Of a stretch of 64,000 nucleotides of DNA, positions 9,275-20,300 are shown one piece after another. The notes under the pieces were generated by a model that worked only from the letters and a program-made list of their open reading frames with translations, ran no database searches and had not been told where the DNA came from. The first letter of the stretch is position 1. Each line of letters begins with the position of its first letter. The stretch is from a virus (lineage: Duplodnaviria > Heunggongvirae > Uroviricota > Caudoviricetes). A program made the translations under genes and the position numbers. The stretch lies in the IMG/VR virus record IMGVR_UViG_3300023371_000083; one strand, written 5' to 3'.

Positions 9275-9986
9275 AACAAAAGATATCTTAAAAAGTGAAT
9301 TTGTTAATGGTTATACAACCTTTGATAAATTATTTATGGGGATCATGGTATTAATGCAAATCATTGTTTTTGCAATTACTCCTGATTCGCCTATTGCGAT
9401 TATCGCCGGCATTAGTGGTGTGATTTCTGTTGTGCTTTGTGCTAAAGGAAAAATTTCCTTTTATTTTATTGGCTTCATTCAGACGATTACATATTTAATT
9501 CTGTCTTGGCAGAATCGATTTTATGGAGAAGTAATTGAAAATGTATTTTACCTTGTAACAATGGTGTGGGGAATTTTTATTTGGAAAAAACACTTGAATA
9601 CAGATGATAGTGGTTCTACACAGGTTGACGCTTTGAAATTTACACCAAATCAATGGATTGCATCTAGTGTATTAATTATTATTGCCACCATTGTTATGGG
9701 GTGGATGCTTACAAAGATTGGGAGCAATCAGGCATATACAGATGCAGCAACAAATGTAATTGCGATTTTTGCTCAATTATTAATGGTAAAAAGATATAGA
9801 GAGCAGTGGCTGTTCTGGATTGTAATTGATGTACTTTGCATTAAACTATGGGCTGTAGCAGGAAACTGGTCTATGGTAGCAATGTATATTGGATGGACGG
9901 CAAATTGTATTTATGGTTGGAAAAACTGGAGTGAATCTGTATCTTATAGAAACGATGAAAAACTAATGGTGATTAGGGAGGTATAA
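9267..9986 (+). CDS. pnuC: PnuC-like nicotinamide riboside transporter
   Basis: Multi-TM protein of 239 aa. Overlaps nadR by 8 nt, matching the classic nadR-pnuC pairing. Confidence 0.55.
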   Translation: MGKTKDILKSEFVNGYTTFDKLFMGIMVLMQIIVFAITPDSPIAIIAGISGVISVVLCAKGKISFYFIGFIQTITYLILSWQNRFYGEVIENVFYLVTMVWGIFIWKKHLNTDDSGSTQVDALKFTPNQWIASSVLIIIATIVMGWMLTKIGSNQAYTDAATNVIAIFAQLLMVKRYREQWLFWIVIDVLCIKLWAVAGNWSMVAMYIGWTANCIYGWKNWSESVSYRNDEKLMVIREV

Positions 9987-9987
9987 C

Positions 9988-10566
9988 ATGAAGCTAACTG
10001 TAAACTACATCAAAAATTGTAAGCCGGTAGATTCAAGATTACTGGAAAAGATTGATGAAATTTTAGATGAAATTTCAACATTAGATAATGAAACTAATCC
10101 AGAAGAATATTTTGGATTTGAATTAAATGGTATTAAATATGATGTATTTCAAATCGATCAAACAAGATGGAGTGATGAAGGAAAATATCAGTATAGACAG
10201 GATCTGTATCAGTTAGTGTCTTATGATGATTCTATCAGACCTTATGTTTGCGACAAAAGTATTGTAAACTGTTTTAATTGTTTCTTTGAAGTAGCTGTAA
10301 CACGGTCTGGATCGTACTTTAGCGACTATATGTATTGGTATGAGAAACCAGTTATGAAATTCGGTAAAATAAAACATATTCCTGAAGTAGTAATTCCTGA
10401 ACATGATGAATATGAACTAACAGAAACATACATTATTGATTGCAGAATGTGTGATAAATTAAATGAAACAGGTGATGCATGTAAAGTGTACGGAAGTGAT
10501 CCGAAAATTGCAACAGAAAAATGTACGACAGATGGCTTTAAAGAATACTATGTAAATATTGAATGA
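9988..10566 (+). CDS. hypothetical Cys-rich protein
   Basis: ORF track. Confidence 0.4.
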   Translation: MKLTVNYIKNCKPVDSRLLEKIDEILDEISTLDNETNPEEYFGFELNGIKYDVFQIDQTRWSDEGKYQYRQDLYQLVSYDDSIRPYVCDKSIVNCFNCFFEVAVTRSGSYFSDYMYWYEKPVMKFGKIKHIPEVVIPEHDEYELTETYIIDCRMCDKLNETGDACKVYGSDPKIATEKCTTDGFKEYYVNIE

Positions 10567-11281
10567 GGTGAAGCTATTGAAAAAAAGACCGTTAAATAAA
10601 GGGAACCGTGTTGTTGTAATCAGTGACTGTAATAGCTATGGTGAACATGGGAAAATTATTGATGATTCTTGCGCTTATAGCGGGCATCATTATAGGCATG
10701 TAAAAGTTCGCCTTGATAATGGTAAAAGCTCTAACTATAATATTGGATCTTTGATTCATGAAGATGAATACAATGATAAAGGATATATAAAAGCAGAGGG
10801 GGAAGATATTATGACAAATAATTACGAATATGTTGCTAGAGTACAGTTGATGGAAGATGCATATAAAAGGGATTATTACTTTGCATTGTATCCAGGAGAT
10901 GTAGAAAAGGTTTCTGAATATAAGCCCGGCGAAGAAATTGATACAATGGTAATTGTAAACGCTAGGGGAGAAAGCAAGAGACAGATTGCATTTGTAAAAG
11001 AGATTATCTCAGCCGCTGAATATGGTAAAGATGTAACAGCGCAGGTTGTAGGGGTTGTTAATATGCATCCTTATTACCATAGAAAACATACAGAAAGTGT
11101 TGTGGCAGCAATTGAAAAACAGAGAGCTGTTATTGAGGCTGCACTGCAGGCAGAAATTGCAAAAAGAAAAACGATTGAGTATTATGAAAAAATCGCAAAA
11201 GAATATCCTGAAATTGGTGATATGGTCAAAGATCTAAAAGCTCTGGAAGAACAAAAAGACAAGGTAATCACTAATGGTTAA
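10559..11281 (+). CDS. hypothetical protein
   Basis: ORF track. Confidence 0.4.
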   Translation: MNEVKLLKKRPLNKGNRVVVISDCNSYGEHGKIIDDSCAYSGHHYRHVKVRLDNGKSSNYNIGSLIHEDEYNDKGYIKAEGEDIMTNNYEYVARVQLMEDAYKRDYYFALYPGDVEKVSEYKPGEEIDTMVIVNARGESKRQIAFVKEIISAAEYGKDVTAQVVGVVNMHPYYHRKHTESVVAAIEKQRAVIEAALQAEIAKRKTIEYYEKIAKEYPEIGDMVKDLKALEEQKDKVITNG

Positions 11282-11513
11282 ATTGTTATATAAACCAACG
11301 GCTTTTAAATGTAGTTGTAGTAACTGCGGTGCGGTACTACAATTTGAATATACTGATGAAAAAAAGGTGTTTGATATGTATTCTGGAGAATATTATATAG
11401 TAACATGTCCAAACTGCTGCGCAGATGTGAAAACCAGAGATAATTCAGATGATTATAGAACACCAATTTTTCTAAAAGATTCTGATATTAAAAAGGAGGA
11501 AGAAAATGAATAA
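11274..11513 (+). CDS. small zinc-ribbon protein
   Basis: CxxC...CxxC pattern. Confidence 0.35.
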   Translation: MVKLLYKPTAFKCSCSNCGAVLQFEYTDEKKVFDMYSGEYYIVTCPNCCADVKTRDNSDDYRTPIFLKDSDIKKEEENE

Positions 11514-11736
11514 CCCTCTATTAAAAACAAAACTAACGGGAAAAGAAAAATCGAAATTGTATGATTGTATAGATAAGAACGGAAAATTATATATTTCCAT
11601 CAGCGAAGATGATGTATGTATGATTAATACGGATACGGATACAAGAGTAGTTTCATTTGGAGCATTAACACCTGAATTGATGCAGGATATTCTTAGATTT
11701 TGTGGTATATATTGCAAAGTTGATAATGCAACTTAA
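11506..11736 (+). CDS. hypothetical protein
   Basis: ORF track. Confidence 0.35.
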   Translation: MNNPLLKTKLTGKEKSKLYDCIDKNGKLYISISEDDVCMINTDTDTRVVSFGALTPELMQDILRFCGIYCKVDNAT

Positions 11737-11744
11737 AATAATTC

Positions 11745-11790
11745 TAAACTAAAAAATATTGTTGACCGTGGGACATACAAATGCTATAAT
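11745..11790 (+). promoter_or_regulatory. sigma70-like promoter (TTGACC-17-TATAAT) with AAACTAAAAAATATTGTTGAC motif
   Basis: Direct read: TTGACC at 11762-11767 and TATAAT at 11785-11790. Confidence 0.5.
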
Positions 11791-11831
11791 AAATATGTAA
11801 CCCAAACAAAACATTTTTTTTAATCACTATT

Positions 11832-11871
11832 AAACTAAAAAATATTGTCAGGGGGTAAAACTATTTATACT
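11832..11871 (+). promoter_or_regulatory. promoter-like element (TTGTCA ... TATACT) with the same upstream motif
   Basis: Direct read. Second copy of the motif, 87 nt downstream of the first. Confidence 0.4.
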
Positions 11872-12075
11872 CATGATGAACCTCCCCTGTGTTTTTTGAG
11901 AGAGTTTTCATGTGAGAAATGTAATGCATTTCAATCGTATGACTCAGATGAATGTAAATGGTTAGATTATGGCACTTATAGTGTGAAAGTCACAAAATGC
12001 AAGCAGTGCGGATGTGTGCATGTGATTCGCTATGAGGAGTCGTCAGGGTTATATGTAAACACAGATGGACGGTAG
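11845..12075 (+). CDS. questionable small Cys-rich ORF (TTG start inside the promoter; ends in TAG with in-frame continuation to TAA near 12111)
   Basis: ORF track only; start overlaps the promoter element. Confidence 0.2.
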   Translation: MSGGKTIYTHDEPPLCFLREFSCEKCNAFQSYDSDECKWLDYGTYSVKVTKCKQCGCVHVIRYEESSGLYVNTDGR

Positions 12076-12139
12076 TACGATTATTAGAAAGGAAGAAAAG
12101 GAAATGAGTAATTAGTTCAGCAGATTAAATGCAGTCGGA

Positions 12140-12700
12140 ATGAGTGAAAAAGAAAAGATTAAAAATAATCTAACTTATATCGACTGGGCTTCTGTTTGGG
12201 GTGAGATGAAAAAAATCTACCCAGACGCTAATTATGAAATTCACAGAAACCAAGATTTTAGACCTTGGTTTGATGATGGTAGATCCGGCTGGGTAACAGT
12301 TACTGTATCTGTACCTTACGAAGAAGGTAAAATTGTATCCCATACTGTTGATCTTCCAATCATGGACTTTAAAAACAAATCCATCGATGCAGAGAAAATT
12401 ACATCATTTGATGCAAATAAATCCTGGCAAAGATGTTTGGTAAAAGCGTGTGCAATGCATGGTTTAGGTCTGTATGTATACGCAAAACTGGAAGATACAG
12501 AAGAAAATATGGAAATTCTAAAACTTAGAAGTGAATGTATGCAACTGATTTCTGCAAAAGCAAAAGACTCAAAAGATGAAGTAGCAAGAATTTGTATTGA
12601 AGCAGATCCAGAGGCGAATGGCGACCCTAGATTAATGAATGATGTAGAAACTCTGAGAGCGCTAGCAAGAAGGCTAAAAGCAATCAGGGCAAAGAAATAA
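12140..12700 (+). CDS. Sak/Rad52-like single-strand annealing protein (DUF1071-like)
   Basis: YIDWASVWGEMKKIYPDANYEI and the C-terminal HGLGLYVYA resemble the Sak family. A better-RBS ATG at about 12104 is in frame but requires reading TAG at codon 4. Confidence 0.5.
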   Translation: MSEKEKIKNNLTYIDWASVWGEMKKIYPDANYEIHRNQDFRPWFDDGRSGWVTVTVSVPYEEGKIVSHTVDLPIMDFKNKSIDAEKITSFDANKSWQRCLVKACAMHGLGLYVYAKLEDTEENMEILKLRSECMQLISAKAKDSKDEVARICIEADPEANGDPRLMNDVETLRALARRLKAIRAKK

Positions 12701-12714
12701 TGGAGGTTTAATTT

Positions 12715-13080
12715 ATGTTTTCTAATGGAGCTTATGCAACAATTTGGGAAGTAAAAGAAGCGGAAAAATATTGCGATGTAAGAATTAGTACAAGCAAAAA
12801 AGTTGGAGATAAAAAATATGAACAGGATTTTTCTGCAAATGTAAGATTTGTCGGCAATGCCAAAGAAGTTGTTAGAGGCATGAAAGAAAAAGACAGAATT
12901 AAAATCATCAACTGTGGTGTAAGTAATCAGTATAACAAAGAGAAAAAACAGCTGTACACAAATTATGTTGTTTTTGAATGTGAGAATGTTACTGGTGGTA
13001 CAACAACACCAGCTGTAAAACCAGCAAAAGATGATTATAAGCCACTGGAACCTATTACAGATGAAGATCTGCCATTTTAA
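12715..13080 (+). CDS. ssb: single-stranded DNA-binding protein (short OB-fold SSB)
   Basis: C-terminal acidic tail DEDLPF is diagnostic of SSB. RBS GGAGG. Confidence 0.65.
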   Translation: MFSNGAYATIWEVKEAEKYCDVRISTSKKVGDKKYEQDFSANVRFVGNAKEVVRGMKEKDRIKIINCGVSNQYNKEKKQLYTNYVVFECENVTGGTTTPAVKPAKDDYKPLEPITDEDLPF

Positions 13081-13102
13081 TTGATGAAAGGGGGAAATTT
13101 GT

Positions 13103-13693
13103 GTGAGCGATATCGCTGCAAATTATGAAAGATACCTTAACCTTTGGCGTTCAGTAAAAAGAGACGGTATCAATGAGGTTATTAATTTTATTGAGAAATC
13201 AGATATGAAAACGGCTCCAGCAAGCACAAGATTTCACTCTGATTTCGAAGGCGGTTTACTTGAACATAGTTTAAATGTATATGACTGCTTGGTCGCAAAA
13301 AAAGAAGCCCCAATCTGGAAAGATAAATTAAAAGATGTTTCTGAAGAAGCAATGATTATCACTGCATTGGGTCATGATTTTTGTAAATTGTATTTTTACA
13401 AAGAAGGTACAAGAAATGTAAAAAATGAGGATACAGGAAAATGGGAAAAAGTACCTTTTTATTCCATTGAAGATAAGTATCCACTCGGTCATGGTTCTAA
13501 GAGTGTTATTTTCTTGCAGATGTTTATGAAATTAACAATGGAAGAAATCATGGCAATTAATTGGCATATGGGGTTCTCAGTTCCTAAAGAAGAATATTCA
13601 TCCGTTGGAAAAGCGTTTGAAAAATATCCTCTTGCTCTGGCACTGCACGAGGCGGATCTGGAAGCTACTAATCTGCTTGAAGCAGATGGCTAA
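13103..13693 (+). CDS. HD-domain phosphohydrolase
   Basis: H...HD motif (LEHSLNV ... ALGHDFCK). Confidence 0.55.
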   Translation: MSDIAANYERYLNLWRSVKRDGINEVINFIEKSDMKTAPASTRFHSDFEGGLLEHSLNVYDCLVAKKEAPIWKDKLKDVSEEAMIITALGHDFCKLYFYKEGTRNVKNEDTGKWEKVPFYSIEDKYPLGHGSKSVIFLQMFMKLTMEEIMAINWHMGFSVPKEEYSSVGKAFEKYPLALALHEADLEATNLLEADG

Positions 13694-14162
13694 AGAATAT
13701 ACATGTGGATTTAAATATTGCTCACATGAAAATAAAAAAGTGCCAGAGGGTGAGGCAATAAAGTCCGGTACAAGGTATTTCCATAAAGATTGTTTACGAG
13801 TAAGAGATAATATGGATGCTGTAAAACGTATTTATTATGAAAATATTAGTAATACGGTTGTTATAGCACAATTGGTAAAAGTCATTCAAACCATTGTAAT
13901 CAACAAAGGTGTTGATTCTGAATTTCTGTTATTTGCAATTAAATATGCAGTCGCAAAAAAAATGACAATTAGAAGCCCATACGGATTACATTATTTAATT
14001 GATAATGCAATGATAAAAAATGCGTGGAACGCAAAACAAGCAAAAGAAGAAAAACAGAAAATTACTGAATTAGCTAAGTTACAACCGAGAGAATCTGAAG
14101 TGACTTTTACAGTTGCAAAAAGAAAAAAAGAAGGTTTTGATAGTATTTTTGGAGGTGGTTAA
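13686..14162 (+). CDS. hypothetical protein
   Basis: In-frame ATG at 13686 overlapping the upstream stop (ATGGCTAA). The ORF track's 13605 start is probably too early. Confidence 0.4.
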   Translation: MAKEYTCGFKYCSHENKKVPEGEAIKSGTRYFHKDCLRVRDNMDAVKRIYYENISNTVVIAQLVKVIQTIVINKGVDSEFLLFAIKYAVAKKMTIRSPYGLHYLIDNAMIKNAWNAKQAKEEKQKITELAKLQPRESEVTFTVAKRKKEGFDSIFGGG

Positions 14163-15513
14163 TTTGGATACAAGAGAAATTTGTGATATTCAGGCGGAAA
14201 GCGGTGTCATTGCAACTTTGGTTTATCATCCAGAATATATCCTTCATTCAGAATATTTAAAAGCCGGGTATTTTTCAAGTAAGGATAATGGTTGTATCTA
14301 CTGGGCGATTAATGAACTGTTTAAAAGAGGCATTGATAATATTGATGCTTTCAACATTTCAAATATGATTGCCAGTCATCCTGCGGTGCAAAGAACAATT
14401 GATCAATATAATATGCCAGCAATTCAAGAATTTATTGATATGTGTGATGAAGTTGCTAGACACAGCATCGAAGAATACACAATGCTGGCAAAAGCTGTTA
14501 CAACATATGCTTTCAAAAGAGATTTGATGAAATTAACAACTGAAGTTGAAGCCAACTGCAGAAATAGGGCAATTGGTTTAGGAGAATTAAATGATGTTGT
14601 TTTTAAAAAATTAAATTCTCTAACAGAAAAATATATCGTATCAAGTGAAATTAAAATGTTTGGTGATTCTTCAGAATTCTTATGGGAAGAAATCTGCGAT
14701 AGAAGAAACGACAGTGGTACTTATGGTATACCTTCTAAGTATGAATCACTGAATGAATATTACACATATGAGCCTGGGGAGCTTGTTGTGGTACAGGCAA
14801 AGTATAAGCAAGGTAAAAGTGTTTTCCTGCTAAACGAAACTGTACATAAATTAAAAAACGGTGTGCCAACACTTGTTGTAGATACAGAAATGTCTGACAG
14901 ATTGTATATGGAACGTCTAGTGTCACATGTTTCTGGTATTGAAGTTAAGCGAATTAAAAATGGTAGATATACACCAGAAGAAGGAGAACGTATTAGAGAA
15001 GCGAGAGAATGGATTAAAAAACAGCCATTTGTTCATATCTACGATCCAGATATGACAGATGAAAAACTTTATTCTATTTGCAAAATTCTTAAATATAAAA
15101 TGGACTTACAGTTTGTTGTATATGATTACATCAAAAGTAACGAAACATCTTCTTCTGATAATTACAATATTCTTGGTGCGAAATGTGATTTTCTTAAAAA
15201 CAATATTGCCGGTGATTTAAACTTGGCTGTTTTATCTGCGTGCCAGCTAAACAGAAATGGTGAAGTTGCCGACTCTATGAAAATCAACAGATACCTTTCC
15301 GTTGGTATTAAATGGTTTATTAAAACACAAGAACAAATTATGCGTGATGGTTCTGACTGTGGTAATGCTGGATTAAAAATCTATGTAAATAGACTTGGAC
15401 AGCAGATGCCAGAGGATGACGAGTTTGTGTATATCGACTTCTTTTTTGAAGGAGACACGATGAATATTACAGAGGCAAAACAACATTTAGACGAAGAAAC
15501 TCCGTTTGATTAA
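14113..15513 (+). CDS. dnaB: DnaB-like replicative helicase
   Basis: DnaB N-terminal-like region followed by a RecA-like domain. A TTG at 14164 with RBS GGAGGTGG is a likelier start than the track's 14113. Confidence 0.6.
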   Translation: MQKEKKKVLIVFLEVVNLDTREICDIQAESGVIATLVYHPEYILHSEYLKAGYFSSKDNGCIYWAINELFKRGIDNIDAFNISNMIASHPAVQRTIDQYNMPAIQEFIDMCDEVARHSIEEYTMLAKAVTTYAFKRDLMKLTTEVEANCRNRAIGLGELNDVVFKKLNSLTEKYIVSSEIKMFGDSSEFLWEEICDRRNDSGTYGIPSKYESLNEYYTYEPGELVVVQAKYKQGKSVFLLNETVHKLKNGVPTLVVDTEMSDRLYMERLVSHVSGIEVKRIKNGRYTPEEGERIREAREWIKKQPFVHIYDPDMTDEKLYSICKILKYKMDLQFVVYDYIKSNETSSSDNYNILGAKCDFLKNNIAGDLNLAVLSACQLNRNGEVADSMKINRYLSVGIKWFIKTQEQIMRDGSDCGNAGLKIYVNRLGQQMPEDDEFVYIDFFFEGDTMNITEAKQHLDEETPFD

Positions 15514-16536
15514 TTGAGAGAGGGTGGTGAGATGACGGCGTATGATCCTAATGTATTAGAGGAAATTGAAAAAAATGTAGATTTACTTGAATATGTTTCC
15601 CGAAATATAGAAATGCGTCAGCAGGGGGCTGAGTATTTTGGAAGCTGTCCACTTCATGTTGATAAAACGCCGTCTTTCTCAATTACGCCATCTAAAAATA
15701 AATTTTATTGCTTTTCCTGTGGTAATGGTGGCGGAATTATATCTTTTTTGATGAAGTATGAGCAAATGTCTTTTGACGATGCGGTTCAAAAAGCAGCTAA
15801 ACTTGGAAACATTGATATGAGTAAAATGTGTCAATCACAGACAGTTGCATTCCTGAGAAACATCAAAAAACATAAAGCGAAAAAGACTTGTGTTACACAT
15901 GACGAAGTTGCAATTACCGAATGGAATAAATATATGGTCGGAGAAGTAACGGAATGGATTTCAGAGGGGATCAGACAAGAAGAGATTGATTATTTTGAAA
16001 TTAGAATTGACAACAAAACTAATCGTATTGTTTATCCTGTAAAAGATATTAATGGGAAATTAATAAACATTAAGGGCAGGACACGTTTTCCCAATTATAA
16101 ACTTTTTAATATTGCTAAATATATCAATTATTTTAAAGTTGGCTGTTTAGATTATTTTCAGTGTCTGGACAAGACAAAAGAGTTTGTTTACGAGAAAAAT
16201 GAAATTATTATTTTTGAATCAATCAAAAGTGTAATGAAGTGTTTCGGCTGGGGGTATAAAAACTGTGCATCTGCAGAAAACCATACAATGTCTGATGAGC
16301 AAATCAGATTATTGATTAGATTAAGAGTAGATGTTGTATTGGCATACGATAAAGACGTTGACTATTTTTCAAAAGAAGTTTGGAAGCAAATTGAAAAACT
16401 GAAAAAATTTACAAATGTTTATATCATTGAAGATAAAGGTAATTTATTGGGGAGTAAAGATGAAAAGAACTCTCCTGCAGATCTTGGGGAAGATGTGTGG
16501 GAAAAATTATATGAAAAGAAGCGAAGGATTATATGA
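15514..16536 (+). CDS. dnaG: DNA primase (DnaG-like, zinc-binding CHC2 + TOPRIM)
   Basis: CPLHVDKTPSFSI...FYCFSCG zinc ribbon, followed by a TOPRIM-like region. Confidence 0.75.
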   Translation: MREGGEMTAYDPNVLEEIEKNVDLLEYVSRNIEMRQQGAEYFGSCPLHVDKTPSFSITPSKNKFYCFSCGNGGGIISFLMKYEQMSFDDAVQKAAKLGNIDMSKMCQSQTVAFLRNIKKHKAKKTCVTHDEVAITEWNKYMVGEVTEWISEGIRQEEIDYFEIRIDNKTNRIVYPVKDINGKLINIKGRTRFPNYKLFNIAKYINYFKVGCLDYFQCLDKTKEFVYEKNEIIIFESIKSVMKCFGWGYKNCASAENHTMSDEQIRLLIRLRVDVVLAYDKDVDYFSKEVWKQIEKLKKFTNVYIIEDKGNLLGSKDEKNSPADLGEDVWEKLYEKKRRII

Positions 16537-17327
16537 GCAGATATAAAAATAAATTAGACGAAATGACATGGAGCTTTAGTAGAGTTCATTCATATGAAAC
16601 TTGCCCATATCAATTCTATCTGAACTATGTTGCCAAAAATAAGTACGGCATCAGTAATTTCTACGCTGAATTAGGGCATTTCATGCATGAAGTGTTAGAG
16701 AAGGTGTTACGAAAAGAGTTGAAGTTAGAAGATGCTGCGACATATTTTGTAAACAACTTGGATGCTAATATTTCTAATTTTGTAAAACAATCAACAATGG
16801 ATAGATCAATTGACGCCTGTATTGACTATCTGGCTGAAACAGATTTAGAAATGTTAGATGGTTTTGAAATAGTAGGGGTTGAACTTAAATGTCGTTACAG
16901 CCTTCAAGAAGAGATAGATTATATTGGGTTCATTGACTTATTAATTAAGCATAAAGAAGAAGGATATTATGTGATTGTCGATCATAAATCGTCTGGATAT
17001 CCACTTAAAAAGAATGGCGAAGTATTAAAAAACGAAGAAGAGAATTTTAAATCATATAAAAGACAAATTTATCTTTATAGTAAATACGTTTTTGAAAAAT
17101 ATGGCGAATATCCAAAAGAATTATGGTGGAATCATTTTAAGGTAAATAAAGTAGTAAAAATTCCATTTGACTTAGATGAATATCATGAAGCCCAGAATTG
17201 GTTTATGGAAACGATTGCAAATATTTATAAAGATGAAGACTTTTTGCCTAATATGAGTTATATGCAATGCAACGTGTTATGTGACTTCAGAGAGGAGTGT
17301 GAATATCAGTTATATGGTAATGATTAA
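16533..17327 (+). CDS. PD-(D/E)XK nuclease, Cas4/RecB-like with 4-Cys cluster
   Basis: N-terminal Cys (CPYQFYL), VIVDHKS (D-x-K motif), and a C-terminal CNVLCDFREEC cluster. Confidence 0.6.
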   Translation: MSRYKNKLDEMTWSFSRVHSYETCPYQFYLNYVAKNKYGISNFYAELGHFMHEVLEKVLRKELKLEDAATYFVNNLDANISNFVKQSTMDRSIDACIDYLAETDLEMLDGFEIVGVELKCRYSLQEEIDYIGFIDLLIKHKEEGYYVIVDHKSSGYPLKKNGEVLKNEEENFKSYKRQIYLYSKYVFEKYGEYPKELWWNHFKVNKVVKIPFDLDEYHEAQNWFMETIANIYKDEDFLPNMSYMQCNVLCDFREECEYQLYGND

Positions 17328-20300
17328 TCAAGAAATGGTCGGCAAAACTTATACACCATATCATGTTCACACAGACCTCTCTACCGGGGTCACTAATGTA
17401 GATAGTGTAACTAAATATAAAGATTACATTGCAAGAGCAAAAGAATTAGGCATGAAGGCATTTGCTTTTTCAGAACACGGATCTGTATTCGAGTGGCTCC
17501 ATAAAAAAGAAGCAATCGAGGAAGCTGGAATGAAATACATCCATGCTGCTGAGGTATATCTTACAGAAACATATGAAGAAAAAATTAGAGATAATTACCA
17601 TTGTGTTCTTATTGCAAAAAACTTTGATGGCTTCAAAGAAATTAATAAGTTAATTTCAAAATCTTTCTTAAAAGAACATTATTATTATTCTCCAAGAATT
17701 TTAATCGATGATGTTATTAATACATCTGAAAATGTAATTATTACATCTGCGTGTCTCGGCGGTGTTTTTGGAAAAGGTACAAGCAGTGCAAAAGAAAAAA
17801 TGCTTTGTTTTGCAATTGCGAATAAAGATAGATTTTTCTTAGAAGTACAGCATCACAACATTGATAAACAAAAAGAATATAATAAACTTCTGTATCAGAT
17901 CAGCAAAGAATATGGAATTAGATTAATTGCTGGCACTGATACACATTCTTTAGATGATAAACATGCAAGAGGCAGGGTAATTTTACAGAAAGCAACTGAT
18001 ACATTTTTCTCTGATGAAGAGGGTTGGGATTTAACTTTTAAAAGTTATGATGAGCTTGTTGAAGCATATTATAAACAAAATGTATTACCAGAAGATGTAT
18101 TTATGAAAGCCATTGAAAACACAAATGTTATGGCAGATATGGTAGAAGAATTTACATTGGACAGAAGCACGAAATATCCGAAAATTTATGAAAATTCAAA
18201 AGAGATATTTGAGCAAAAAGTCAGAGAAGCTTGTAAAAATCATAAATACATTCAACAGCGTTATACACAGGAAGAAATTGATAAGTTCATTAAAGAAGAG
18301 CTTGAAGTATATGAAAAAACAGAGTCTATCGACTTTATGCTTCTTGAAAACCATAAAAAAGAATGGGAAACAGAGAATGGTATCCAGAGAGGTTATGGTA
18401 GAGGTTCTGTATCTGGTAGCATGATTGCTTATGCGCTTGGTATTACAGAAATGGATTCCAAAAAATTTGGTCTTAACTTTTTCCGCTTCCAGAATCCAGA
18501 CCGTGTTACTAACTGTGATATTGATGTGGATTATAGTGAAAAAGATAGGGAAAAGGTAAAAACATTTATTCTTAGAGATCATATGAATCTGGATAATCTT
18601 CGTTCTTGCGACATTATCACATTTAACACAATTGCGCTCAAAGGTTCTATCAAATATGTTGGTAAAGCCCTTGATTATCCAATTGAAATTACACAGGCAC
18701 TATCAAATGGTGTGTATCTTGATGAAGAGGGTAAAGAAACAGTTGCACCTGAAATTAGAAAAGCATATCCCGATATTTTTGAGTATGTAGACATTGTAAA
18801 AGGCACAGTTATTTCTATTGGCACTCATGCAAGCGGCGTTGTAGTAAGTGACCTTGAAATTGACGAAATGTTTGGTACATGCAGTGTAAAAGATTCTGAA
18901 TATCCAGTCTCAATGATTAACATGAAAGAACTCGATGCTCTGATGTATGTTAAATTAGATATCCTTGGTCTTGATAACATCGGTGTAATTAATGAAACAT
19001 GTAGAATTCTTGGAATTGATCGTTTAAACCCAGATAATACTGACCTGAATGACGAAAATGTTTGGAAAAGTATCAGGGAAGATACGACGCTCATTTTTCA
19101 ATGGGAATCAGAGTCAGCACAATCTTATTTAAAAAGATTTATGTCTGATAAAACAATTCAAAAAGTAAAGAAACGAAATGAAGATTTTTCCTATATCAAA
19201 TGGTTTTCATTTGGTAATGGTCTACTGAGACCTGCGTGTGCCAGCTACAGAGATTCCGTTGCGAGTGGTGAGTTTTATCAGAATGGTTTAAAAGAGCTCG
19301 ATGATTTTCTTGCCCCAACTATGGGACATGTAACTATGCAGGAAGATATTATGCAATTTCTTGTAAGATTTTGTGAATACACTCAAGCAGAATCCGATAC
19401 AGTACGTCGAGGTATTGCAAAAAAATATGGTACTGAAAAGTTTCTACCTGAAATTGAAGAGCGATTTACGAGTCATGCGACAGACGCATATGAATTAAAA
19501 ACTGATGAATGTTCTGAAATTATCAAGCCGTTTTTGCAGGTAATTTTAGATGCATCAAAATATTCTTTTTCTTGGAATCACTCTGATGCATATAGCTGTG
19601 TAGGATATATTTGTGGATATTTAAGATATTATTATCCATTAGAATTTATTACTGCAGCGATGAATGTATTTAGATCAAAGGTAGAAAAAATCGGGAATAT
19701 CGTTAAATATTCAAAAAAATCAAATGTTGAATTAATGCCTATTCGATTCAGATATTCAAAATCAGATTATATGTTTGATAAAGATAACAACACAATTTAT
19801 AAAGGCGTATTTTCTGTAAAAAGTGTAAACGAACAAGTATCTGATGATTTATATGCTCTTCGTGATATGAAATTTGATAACTTTATGGAATTAATTACAT
19901 ATTGCAAAATGAATTTTCCCATTAAATTTAATCAGATTGAGGCATTAATTAAACTTGAGTATTTTAAAGAGTTTGGAGAAATTCCATATCTTTTAACATG
20001 TTTAAATGTTTTTAAAGTATACCACAAAAGATCTACATTAAAAAAAGAAGAAGTTCGGGATCTTGGTATCTCTTATGATGAAATCAAAAAGTTTTGCGGA
20101 AAAGAAACAGCGAAACAGTATTCACAAGTTGATATGAGTTGTTTTATGAATTTGGTTGTCCAAAAGCAATATACACACAGAGAAGTGACCATCGGTGAGA
20201 TTTTATCTTATCAAGATAAATATCTTGGATATATTGATTTTGCTGATTCCAAATATTCCAAATTCGTTCTTATCGAGAAAGTTGATACAAAATTTTCCCC

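Noticed and set aside
11845-12075. Zinc-ribbon ORF as a confident gene
   Set aside because: Its TTG start lies inside the -35/-10 of a promoter and there is no RBS. Kept only as a low-confidence feature.
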